NCBI GenBank assembly: GCA_002070905.1
Contig: MWEF01000003.1
Location: forward strand, 11,216-75,215
DNA from: Tenericutes bacterium ADurb.Bin087
GTDB lineage: Bacteria; Bacillota_I; Bacilli_A; RFN20; CAG-826
Direction: 5' to 3'
Length of the DNA stretch: 64,000 nt
Shown: one piece after another, positions 48,177 through 57,424 of the stretch
Layout: every line of letters starts with the position of its first letter
How positions within the stretch are numbered: the stretch's first letter is position 1
The notes under the pieces: model-generated
What the model saw: the letters and a program-made list of their open reading frames with translations, nothing else
What the model was told of the DNA's origin: nothing
Database searches by the model: none
Translations under genes and position numbers: made by a program

Positions 48177-50507
48177 TTAATCTTTTTTGGTAATGAAGTA
48201 TAACACGCTTGTAAAGTCACGCGTTATTCTTGTTGTGGCGGAGAACCCTGTTGCGGTCCATTCTGGATAGAGCGTAAGGGCACCACTTCGGAGTGCTTTC
48301 CCGCTGACGGTATATTTTTCTAGGACTTCAATTTTTACTAATGCTTCCGCGCTATTTCGTTTATCAAGATAATTAATAAGTGCCCCGTCATGCTTAATAA
48401 ACTTTGGTAACACCATATTTAAGAGCGAACCAAAAGTTGATATATTTGTACTTTGTGGTAACGTAAACACTTCATAAGTTGCATCTTCTTTGACGGGGAT
48501 TGCTGGAAATTTCAGCACTTCAGGCAGTGGTGAATGGACACCGCTACTAATTAAGACAAGGGCGTTTTCGTCACGATCACCGAGCATCGCATAAGCCTTC
48601 TTATCTTTCGCACTACTAAGCGTTAATTCATAATAGGTCCCGTCCATTAAGACACTGCGAAACGCTTTTGCAATTTCGTTATACGCTTTAATTTCTCTTT
48701 TATCTTTTGGCGTTAAATTATTCACATCTAATTCATAGCCAAAGCCCCCTGACATAAAGGCATTGTTGAAGCGTGTTTGCAGTGGTAAATCACGTAATAA
48801 CTGATGATTAGGCGCTGCACTGACGTGGCCTGACATGACACTAAGCGGATAAGCTTTGGCGAGATTTGTGTGCATTCTTATCCGCTCATAGGCATCACTA
48901 CAATCACTCACCCAAATTTGATCAAAGAACGACAAAATCCCTAAATCAAAGCGATTACCGCCACTAGCGCACCCTTCCCATAAAATGGTGGGGAATGCTT
49001 TTGTTAAGCGGTGCATAATGGCGTAGAGTCCAAGCGTATAATCATAAAAGAAAGTACCAAATTCACCATTTGGTGAATAATAGTCACTTAAGTTCCGATT
49101 ATAATCCCATTTAACATATTTTATATCTGCGCTTTTTAGTACCTTACTAACATTTTCAACAATATAATCTTGCACTGCTTTTAATGTTAAATTAAGTGAA
49201 TACTGATGGCGACCAGTACTTGGCTTAATTCCCGGAATTTTCACAACCCATTCGGGGTTTTCAGTAAATATGGGGTGATTAGCACTAACCATCTCTGGTT
49301 CAAACCATAAACCAAATGCCATCCCCAACTTACTAGCGTAATCACTTAGACCCTTTAATCCGTGCGGTAACTTCTTCTTATTTACTTCGTAATTACCTAA
49401 CCCACCAAAGTCATTATCGCGATTGATAAACCAGCCGTCATCTAAGACCATTAGTTCAATTCCTAATTTACTCGCTTCACGCATTAATTTCTTAATCTTA
49501 ACTTCATCAAATGTAAGATATGTTGCTTCCCAGTTATTAAGTAAAATTGGGCGCGGTTTACGCGCATATTCATAACGAACAACATGGTCCATGACAAACC
49601 GATGAAAATTGTGACTCAGTCCATTTTCACCCTTGTCACTAAAAGTAAGCGCCGCGAAAGGGGTAATAAACGGTTTATCATCAAGTACTTTACTAAATGT
49701 TTCGTCGTTTATCCCGTGTTGAAGTCGGACACGATTATCAAATGTTAATTCGACTGATGTTTTAAAGGGGCCACTATAAATTAAATTAATGCCGTACCCC
49801 ACTCCTTTATGTAAGTCTGTCTTTTCATTTAAAAGCAAGATAAAAGGATTATGTCTATTACTACTTGGACCAACACTAGTCGCGACTTCAAAGACACCAG
49901 GTACTAATTTATGACGCGAAGCATGGACTTCGTTAGCCCATGTACCATAAGTTGAAAAGACTTCAAAATGATTATTATTTAAATCTAAATTAACACTTGC
50001 CGCTTTCGTTAATTTGCCCTTGCCACTTAAAATGACTAATCGCCTTGCAATGACATTTGCTTTTTTAAAAATCAAGTAATCAAGTTTAACTTTAACTTTA
50101 CTAATATTATCTTCAAGCAGCACATAAAAATATTCATCATAGCCATGCGGAATTGGTAAATCATTCACTAATAGTGCTTCTCGGCCCGCAAAACCATGCT
50201 TTTTAACGACAAAGTCACTCGCAAATCCTAAGTCATGTTCAATTAGTAAGCTTGGACGGCGATAATCCCCTTTTCCAATCGTGCCTAGTTCCAAATTAAC
50301 AAAGTCTAAGGAATAAGTGTCATCTTTTTCACCGCTATAAACAGTAGTCGTGCCTTGCATGTTCGTTTGCTTATTCACTAAGATGCTTAAATCTTCATTA
50401 AGCGCCAGTTTTGCACCATAATATAAATTTTCTAAATGGCCATATTTATTAATGGCAAGCACATAAGACGAGTCATTTGTTTTAAGGTGTATATATTTGT
50501 ATTCCAT
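48177..50507 (-). CDS. Alpha-galactosidase (GH36)
   Basis: 776 aa, with KWDYNR, WEGCASGGNRFD and FGLWFEPEMV motifs. Confidence 0.9.
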   Translation of the reverse strand: MEYKYIHLKTNDSSYVLAINKYGHLENLYYGAKLALNEDLSILVNKQTNMQGTTTVYSGEKDDTYSLDFVNLELGTIGKGDYRRPSLLIEHDLGFASDFVVKKHGFAGREALLVNDLPIPHGYDEYFYVLLEDNISKVKVKLDYLIFKKANVIARRLVILSGKGKLTKAASVNLDLNNNHFEVFSTYGTWANEVHASRHKLVPGVFEVATSVGPSSNRHNPFILLLNEKTDLHKGVGYGINLIYSGPFKTSVELTFDNRVRLQHGINDETFSKVLDDKPFITPFAALTFSDKGENGLSHNFHRFVMDHVVRYEYARKPRPILLNNWEATYLTFDEVKIKKLMREASKLGIELMVLDDGWFINRDNDFGGLGNYEVNKKKLPHGLKGLSDYASKLGMAFGLWFEPEMVSANHPIFTENPEWVVKIPGIKPSTGRHQYSLNLTLKAVQDYIVENVSKVLKSADIKYVKWDYNRNLSDYYSPNGEFGTFFYDYTLGLYAIMHRLTKAFPTILWEGCASGGNRFDLGILSFFDQIWVSDCSDAYERIRMHTNLAKAYPLSVMSGHVSAAPNHQLLRDLPLQTRFNNAFMSGGFGYELDVNNLTPKDKREIKAYNEIAKAFRSVLMDGTYYELTLSSAKDKKAYAMLGDRDENALVLISSGVHSPLPEVLKFPAIPVKEDATYEVFTLPQSTNISTFGSLLNMVLPKFIKHDGALINYLDKRNSAEALVKIEVLEKYTVSGKALRSGALTLYPEWTATGFSATTRITRDFTSVLYFITKKD

Positions 50508-50610
50508 GTTTTAATTTTAACATACATCCACCCTTTTTTATTGTAATGACGAAAGCTTCATCACAATAAATGATATAATTTAAAAGATAAACTAAATTGA
50601 GGTAATCTTT

Positions 50611-52257
50611 ATGCCCAAAAAATATCGTATATTTCTTTATATCACAAGCTTTTTAGCGGGGCTTTCGATTATGGCAATTGAAATTGGTGCTTCGCGGCTT
50701 CTAGCACCTTTTTTTAGTAGTAGTCAAATTGTGTGGACAATAATTATCGGCGTTATTATGATTGCGATGGCACTTGGTAATTTTCTTGGCGGGAAGATGG
50801 CGGACAAACGGCCTCATCCTAAGCATTTATACATTAGACTCATTATCGCCGCGACGTGGGTGGCTTTAATCCCACTTGTGGGCAAATATGTTATAACGGG
50901 AATTGCGTTATTTTTTGCCCTTTTTATTAAGTCAAATTACTTAATTATCAGCGCATTTTTCGCTTGTTTACTCCTTTTTGGGTTCCCGCTTATGCTCCTT
51001 GGGACCACTACTCCTTCGCTTACCCGCTACACGATTACGAGACACGAAGAAAGCGGGAAAGTCGTGGGCACAATCAGCGCTTTAAATACAGTCGGCAGTA
51101 TCATTGGGACATTTACCCCGACTTTTATTACAATTCCCTTTTTAGGGACCGCGGGAAGTTTTCTTTTATTCGCTGGCATTCTTTTACTCTTAAGTATTGC
51201 TTATTTCATAATGTACTACATTGACCTTAAAAAAGAAGGTGGTAATCAAGAGCCTAAAAAGAAAGTCGTCAAAGATGCTGTCACAACTTCGATATGCCTC
51301 TTTTTATTTATCATCTCAAGTATCTTTGGCACACGGGGACGCGTTGCTTTCTGGGATAAAACGATTCTTTATGAAGGCGAATCATTATATAACTATTTAC
51401 GTGTCTACGAAGACGATGAAGGCATTCATCTCTCAACGCACGTGTTAATTGGTGTCCAAAGCACTAAATTTAAAACGCCAGGATTACGGAATCATTATCA
51501 TGACTACGCCTTACTTGGTAATTATTTTGTCGAACCAAGTGATGGGACATTTGATATCTTGACACTAGGGCTCGGAACTGGCACCTATCCAAGCCAACAA
51601 AAACTTTATTTTAATGATGCCGTTGATGTTACTGGTGTTGAAATTGATGGAAAGATTGTCGAATTAGCCTATGAATTTTTTGACTTGCCAGAAACGGTCC
51701 ACACTTATGTTGATGATGGGCGGCACTTCTTAGTAAATGGCGCGGGCAAAGAGCAAAAATATGACATCATTTTTTGTGATGCCTACCAAGATATTACGAT
51801 ACCCTTCCACATGGCGACAACTGAATTTTTCGCGCTTGCTAAAAATCACCTTGAGCCTAATGGCGTTATTATTATTAATATGAATATGTTTAGCGATAAA
51901 CCAGGTTCCATTAATAATTATTTATGTGATACCGCTGCGCTGCACTTTTCAACGCGCTATAGTGTTGGCGCTGCTGCAAATAAACTCTTTTTTGCTAGTA
52001 ATAATGCAAACATGATGGAGTTAGCAATCGCGCAAATTAATAATGAACCAAATCCATATATCAAAAACTATATGAGTGATGTGCTCGCACAACTTGAAAT
52101 ATATAATCCTGGCAACTATATTCTCACTGATGATAAAGCACCTGTTGAACTTTTAGGGATGCGTGTTATTGATGATATTATTCAAGCAGAGCTTGAGCAT
52201 TATCGGCAGATTTTAAGAGAAAAAGGACTAAAAGGGCTATTAGAGATGCTACTTTAA
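50611..52257 (+). CDS. Membrane-fused spermidine synthase-like methyltransferase-fold protein
   Basis: 548 aa. About 7 N-terminal TM helices precede a spermidine-synthase-like domain (ILTLGLGTGT, IIFCDAYQD). GAGG SD. Confidence 0.78.
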   Translation: MPKKYRIFLYITSFLAGLSIMAIEIGASRLLAPFFSSSQIVWTIIIGVIMIAMALGNFLGGKMADKRPHPKHLYIRLIIAATWVALIPLVGKYVITGIALFFALFIKSNYLIISAFFACLLLFGFPLMLLGTTTPSLTRYTITRHEESGKVVGTISALNTVGSIIGTFTPTFITIPFLGTAGSFLLFAGILLLLSIAYFIMYYIDLKKEGGNQEPKKKVVKDAVTTSICLFLFIISSIFGTRGRVAFWDKTILYEGESLYNYLRVYEDDEGIHLSTHVLIGVQSTKFKTPGLRNHYHDYALLGNYFVEPSDGTFDILTLGLGTGTYPSQQKLYFNDAVDVTGVEIDGKIVELAYEFFDLPETVHTYVDDGRHFLVNGAGKEQKYDIIFCDAYQDITIPFHMATTEFFALAKNHLEPNGVIIINMNMFSDKPGSINNYLCDTAALHFSTRYSVGAAANKLFFASNNANMMELAIAQINNEPNPYIKNYMSDVLAQLEIYNPGNYILTDDKAPVELLGMRVIDDIIQAELEHYRQILREKGLKGLLEMLL

Positions 52258-52307
52258 CTTTATATAACTAACAAACATAGATAACTATTTAATGGTAAAA
52301 TATAAAT

Positions 52308-54626
52308 ATGAAACATGCACTGAACTATAATTGGTCATTCATCCCAAACTTTAATGATGAATATCTACAAAATATTCCTGCGGGAGTAGAAACAGTTGAT
52401 CTTCCACATAATATGGTTGACTTCCCCTTCAATTACTATGATGAAAAAGATTTTGATAGTGAAGGGACATATTTTCGCGAAATTGTGTTTAGAAAAATTG
52501 AAGAAAGCGATAAATTCGTGTTACGCTTTGGCGGCGTCAATAATTCATTTACCTTGTATATAAACGCTAAAATAGTTGGCACATTTACAAGACCTTACAT
52601 GGAAGAAAATATTGACATTACTCAATATATACAGGAAGGCACTAATTTAATTGTTGTCCGGGTTAACGGGAGTGAAAAAGTAAATGCGCCACCCTTTGGT
52701 AACACTGTTGACTACTTCCCCTTCAGCGGCATTTATCGCGAAGTAACATTATTTGTGTATAGTGCCCTTGATATTATTGATGTTAAGGTTAGTGCTAATC
52801 ATGACGGCGAAGTTGAAGTTAAACCAGAAATACGTAACATTAATAAACTTGATTACGATATTCTTTATGAAGTCTATGAAGGCACAACACTTATTGCTTC
52901 AAGTACGGACGCAAAATTCATTGTTACTAAGCCAAAACTTTGGAGTATTAATAGTCCGCAGCTTTATAATTTAGTAACTAAAGTTACGGCGAATAAAATC
53001 GTTAAAGAACATGTTAGTGTCTTTGGCTTCCGTAGTGCCGTGTTTCAAAGTGATGGTTTCTATTTAAACAATGAATTTACCCCGCTTGTGGGCCTTAATC
53101 GCCATGAAACTTATCCGTTTGTTGGCGCAGCGGCGACTAGTTTCCTGCAATTTCATGATGTTGTTAAACTTAAAGAACTCGGGGTTAATTATGTGCGCTG
53201 TTCGCATTATCCGCCAAGTCGCGCTTTTCTTGATGCTTGTGATTTCCTCGGACTTATGGTCATAAATGAAGTTCCAGGCTGGCAGTATATTGGTGACGAA
53301 GCGTGGCGCAAGCTACATTTACAAAACATTGAAACAATGATTAATCGCGACTTTAATCGGCCAAGCATTATCGCGTGGTCAATTCGAATTAATGAAAGCG
53401 CTGATCACCCATTTTACGCTGAATGTCAAAAACTCGCAAAAGCCCTTGACCCCATCCGCGCCACAACGGGAACGCGTAACTTTGCGCACAGCGAGCTCTT
53501 TGAAGACATCTACTCCTATAATGATTTTAGTCATGACGGGCACACAAAAGGCTTACTGCCAAAACGCAAAGTGACAAAGAGTAATAAACCATATATCGTT
53601 AGTGAAAATAATGGTCATATGTATCCAACAAAACCGTTTGATAACCCACTTATTTTAGAAAACCACACTAAACGTCATCTTGCGGTTCTCGATAGCTTCT
53701 TTGGTGATAAAAATATCGTTGGTATTTCCCCATGGTGTATGCATGACTACTACACGCATCATGAATTTGGGAGTGGCGATAAAATTTGCTATCACGGTGT
53801 GTTAGATATTTATCGCGAACCTAAACCTGCCGCGTATGTCTACAAAGCTAACTTTACGACTGAACCTGTTTTATATCCACTTTTTAGAGGCGATAATGGG
53901 GACTTACCCGAAAGTAAACTATATAAAACAATGGTGGTAAGTAACGCTAGTTATATTGATTTATATAAGGATGAAGACCTTGTCAAACGCTACTATCCAC
54001 GACGTGATTTATATAAGCATTTACCGCATCCGCCCTTTATCCTTGATACTTTTATTAGTGAAAACTTTAAATCAGCGATTAAATTCTCAAAGCGTGATCG
54101 CAAGAAAGTAACAAAATTACTAAACTTCGCCGCCCTTAATAACTTTAGTCGGCTCTCACTATGGCAAAAATTGCGCTTTGGCTGGCTTATCGTTAAATAT
54201 CGACTTAAATGGGACAATCTTGTCGAACTCTGGTTTCTTAATGTCGTTGGCTGGGGCGATAAATCAAGTGGTTACACACTAGTGGGATATGACGATAACG
54301 ATGTTGAAATAGCACGCACGAGAATCGAAAACACTACCGCTTCCACTTATGACATTAAACTCTTAAAGGATGAACTACGGAACGCGGACACATTTGATAC
54401 GACAATTGTGAGTGTTAAAAGTGTTAGTCCATACCGTAATCATTATGACTTTAGTCCAGTGTCCATTGTCGTAACTGGCCCACTTAAAGTTTACGGCCCA
54501 CAGACACAAAGCTTACACGCTGGTGTCCTTAATGTGTATGTTCGTTCCCTAAATGAAAAGGGACGTGGTACAATAACAATCGGTGTTGGCGGCACACTTA
54601 AAACCTTCAACGTCGAAATTAAATAG
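52308..54626 (+). CDS. Glycoside hydrolase family 2 (beta-galactosidase/beta-glucuronidase-like)
   Basis: 772 aa. N-terminal sugar-binding domain, then a TIM barrel with VRCSHYPPS and WSIRINES (acid/base region). Confidence 0.83.
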   Translation: MKHALNYNWSFIPNFNDEYLQNIPAGVETVDLPHNMVDFPFNYYDEKDFDSEGTYFREIVFRKIEESDKFVLRFGGVNNSFTLYINAKIVGTFTRPYMEENIDITQYIQEGTNLIVVRVNGSEKVNAPPFGNTVDYFPFSGIYREVTLFVYSALDIIDVKVSANHDGEVEVKPEIRNINKLDYDILYEVYEGTTLIASSTDAKFIVTKPKLWSINSPQLYNLVTKVTANKIVKEHVSVFGFRSAVFQSDGFYLNNEFTPLVGLNRHETYPFVGAAATSFLQFHDVVKLKELGVNYVRCSHYPPSRAFLDACDFLGLMVINEVPGWQYIGDEAWRKLHLQNIETMINRDFNRPSIIAWSIRINESADHPFYAECQKLAKALDPIRATTGTRNFAHSELFEDIYSYNDFSHDGHTKGLLPKRKVTKSNKPYIVSENNGHMYPTKPFDNPLILENHTKRHLAVLDSFFGDKNIVGISPWCMHDYYTHHEFGSGDKICYHGVLDIYREPKPAAYVYKANFTTEPVLYPLFRGDNGDLPESKLYKTMVVSNASYIDLYKDEDLVKRYYPRRDLYKHLPHPPFILDTFISENFKSAIKFSKRDRKKVTKLLNFAALNNFSRLSLWQKLRFGWLIVKYRLKWDNLVELWFLNVVGWGDKSSGYTLVGYDDNDVEIARTRIENTTASTYDIKLLKDELRNADTFDTTIVSVKSVSPYRNHYDFSPVSIVVTGPLKVYGPQTQSLHAGVLNVYVRSLNEKGRGTITIGVGGTLKTFNVEIK

Positions 54627-54641
54627 AAAGGAGGAGCACTA

Positions 54642-55382
54642 ATGGCCGAAAAAAACCTCGCACTTTTAATTGATGCCGAGAATATATCACCCGATTATAT
54701 GTCAATTATTCGTGATGAAGCTAATAAATATGGCAATTTAAGTTATAAGCGCATTTATGGCGATTGGGCAAGTAGTAATTTGAACAAATGGCGCAGTAAA
54801 TGTATTGAGTATAACTTAGAACAAATTCAACAAGTGTCATATGTCAGTGGTAAGAGCACTAGTGATTTCACGCTGGTGATTGATGCAATGGATATCTTAT
54901 ACACTGATCAAGTTGATGGCTTTGTCCTTGTGAGTAGTGACAGTGACTTTACAAGACTCGTGAGTCGCTTACGTCAAAACAATAAATTTATTATTGGGAT
55001 GGGCGAAAGCAAAACTCCGTTATCACTTGTAAATTCCGTTGATTTATTCATATATCTCGATAAAATTAAAAACATTCGCGACAAAAACGTTAAACCAAAA
55101 CATCGCGGGCGCCCTGCATCTAATAAGAAAGACGAAGAAGGCATTATTAGTCTTGAAGACTTAATTGATGTCTTAACAAACATTATTAGTGAAACAGGTG
55201 ACGAAAATGGATGGGCTTACTGGAGTAACACAAACAATACACTTGTACGGAAATATCCTGGTTTTGACCCCCGCAACTATGGCTTTAAAGGCAAAGCTTT
55301 ACAATTTTTCCTCGCAAACGGCTTTGAAAAACGGAATGAAGGCTTAGATGTCTTTATTCGTCCTAAAACTAATAACGAATAA
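54642..55382 (+). CDS. NYN (LabA/DUF88) nuclease-fold domain plus C-terminal OST-HTH/LOTUS domain protein
   Basis: 246 aa. ALLIDAENIS...YGDW...VLVSSDSDFTRLV forms the NYN part, and the C-terminus GWAYWSNTNNTLVRKYPGFDPRNYGF is LOTUS-like. GGAGG SD 15 nt after the GH2 stop. Confidence 0.83.
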   Translation: MAEKNLALLIDAENISPDYMSIIRDEANKYGNLSYKRIYGDWASSNLNKWRSKCIEYNLEQIQQVSYVSGKSTSDFTLVIDAMDILYTDQVDGFVLVSSDSDFTRLVSRLRQNNKFIIGMGESKTPLSLVNSVDLFIYLDKIKNIRDKNVKPKHRGRPASNKKDEEGIISLEDLIDVLTNIISETGDENGWAYWSNTNNTLVRKYPGFDPRNYGFKGKALQFFLANGFEKRNEGLDVFIRPKTNNE

Positions 55383-55395
55383 CATCTATTAGGAT

Positions 55396-55434
55396 TAAAA
55401 AGCCCCGAGATATGTGAGTCTTGGGGCTTTTTCT
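55396..55434. terminator. Bidirectional terminator between the NYN gene and the GPH transporter
   Basis: AAAAAGCCCCGAGA-TATGTGAG-TCTTGGGGCTTTTT, flanked by an A-run and a T-run. Confidence 0.75.
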
Positions 55435-55451
55435 GTTAATTTACTAAAAGA

Positions 55452-57011
55452 TTAAGCTTCCGCAACTTCTGCTTCCGCTGCTTCGCGTCGTTCGTCAATT
55501 TCTTTAACAATTTGATCGTACATCTTTTCATCAATTGGATACTTACGACTAACAAGGAGATAGGCCAGTGTTTGACAGATAAGCGGTAAAAGCGCCATCC
55601 CTAAGATTAAGACAAAGCGTGCGCGTCCTAAATTGGCGCCGTCAATCGCCGCTTGGGCCAGGTCTTGAACTTCTTCAGTTGCAAGTCTTCTAGCATCCCC
55701 TTCAGGTAAGCCACCTAAAACTTCGTAGTCACTTATTTTATTTGTGATGTCGTAAACCCCACCGATAGTGAGTGTTAAGAACACCACAATAACGGTAATG
55801 GCGTTGCTAATCTTCGCGGCAAATGGACGCGCGGCAAAGACGACACCTTCTTTCCGTTCGCCAAATTTCCACTCGTTATATTCAACCGTATTTGTAATTT
55901 GCACAAGCAGTGTGAGATAGAAAACACCATTAGGCGTAAAGATAACAAGCGCTAAAACGGGTAAGATCCACTGATATATCGCGTTTGGAAGCGGTAACCA
56001 GCCAAAGGAGTGGACACTCCCAATCACAAAGAGCAGTGAGTTTCCAATCGCGCTAATAATAAAGGCACCGCGTAAAATTTGCGCCCGTGTATATTTTTTG
56101 ACAAGGAAACCAAAGATAAAGTTCGCAACAATTGACCCAACCGCGTAGCCGACAAGGAAATATAAGAAAGCTTGCCCAGCTTCAGCATAACCAAAAGTAA
56201 AGTGCATATAATTTTGGCCAAGGTTATTAAACATTGAACCGCCTAAATAGTGGAGCACAATCGCCCCCAGCATCACAAGTAGCGGTTTATTTTGAAACAC
56301 AACTTTAAAGATGTCTTTAACTTTAATAATTTCTTCGCTATCAACTTCACTACGGTCACGCTCTTTACATAAGAACACAAGTAATAATTGCGAGAAAATT
56401 AACACACTACCAATAATAATACTAAGCGTTCTAAATACTTGAATAGCGCGGCCTGGATATAAATTAGGAACAAGGCCGCCAACAGTGAAGGCTCCAATAT
56501 TAATGGCAATAGCCATCAGCATTGTAATTTGATTCCGTTGTTTGGGGTCCCGGGTAAGACTTGGGACCATCCCCCAATAACCAATGTCATTAAGTGTAAA
56601 GCTAATTTCCCATAAGAGATAAGTAACGATAAAGAACACAACATAGCCCCACCCACCAAATGGCCGGAAACTAAAGAGTACCATTAAAAGGAGCCCGTTA
56701 ACTATCCCGCCTATTAAGATCCACGGTTTATATTTACCGAGTTTAAAGCGGGAATTTTCAATTAACATGCCAATAATTGGGTCATTAACCGCATCCCACA
56801 AGTGAATGACTAACATCGTAATCATGATTGTCATAATCATTAATTTGTATTGTTGCGGATTACTTTCAGGTAATGTTAACTGTAAGTAAATCATTAAGAA
56901 CAAATTAATTAATGTGTAAGCGGCATCACGTCCAATCCCCGTGAAAGAATAGACGTATTTCGTCAATTTTGGGACATTATCGCCCTTATAAGTCTTAAAT
57001 AAGTTCAGCAT
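55452..57011 (-). CDS. Glycoside-pentoside-hexuronide (GPH):cation symporter family transporter
   Basis: 519 aa with ~12 TM helices. MelB/LacS-like N-terminus (DAVNDPIIGMLIENS). Confidence 0.87.
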   Translation of the reverse strand: MLNLFKTYKGDNVPKLTKYVYSFTGIGRDAAYTLINLFLMIYLQLTLPESNPQQYKLMIMTIMITMLVIHLWDAVNDPIIGMLIENSRFKLGKYKPWILIGGIVNGLLLMVLFSFRPFGGWGYVVFFIVTYLLWEISFTLNDIGYWGMVPSLTRDPKQRNQITMLMAIAINIGAFTVGGLVPNLYPGRAIQVFRTLSIIIGSVLIFSQLLLVFLCKERDRSEVDSEEIIKVKDIFKVVFQNKPLLVMLGAIVLHYLGGSMFNNLGQNYMHFTFGYAEAGQAFLYFLVGYAVGSIVANFIFGFLVKKYTRAQILRGAFIISAIGNSLLFVIGSVHSFGWLPLPNAIYQWILPVLALVIFTPNGVFYLTLLVQITNTVEYNEWKFGERKEGVVFAARPFAAKISNAITVIVVFLTLTIGGVYDITNKISDYEVLGGLPEGDARRLATEEVQDLAQAAIDGANLGRARFVLILGMALLPLICQTLAYLLVSRKYPIDEKMYDQIVKEIDERREAAEAEVAEA

Positions 57012-57424
57012 ACTTAAACCCTTTCTTATTTATGTAAATATATACACTTAAATGATACACCATTATTTTTAAAATACACTTGCTATTTAATAAATATCGT
57101 CAAATTATGTTCATTAATCGTTACTATTACTTGCTTTTAGAAGGATACATTTATTAACGCTGCCACTTAATGATGATAAAAGCCGCCAATTCGATAAATG
57201 GCAGAATACGATTATTATCAATGTTATCTTTATACTTTTCTTTTAAATCTGACATCGTTAAAACGATATCTTTTTCTCCACTAACTTGTCTTATACAACA
57301 CTATGTGGAGCAAATCAACATCTTATTTTATTATTTATTCACCAATATGAATAATTAAATTACAAACCTTTAGCACAAGCATTAATTATCAAACGGCTTA
57401 ATCTATTTGCTATGATACTAATGT

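Noticed and set aside
57170-57358. 62-aa plus-strand ORF in the GPH/ArAE spacer
   Set aside because: It is an AT-rich spacer ORF with no SD, implausible composition and no motif. It overlaps the equally doubtful minus-strand 33-codon ORF.
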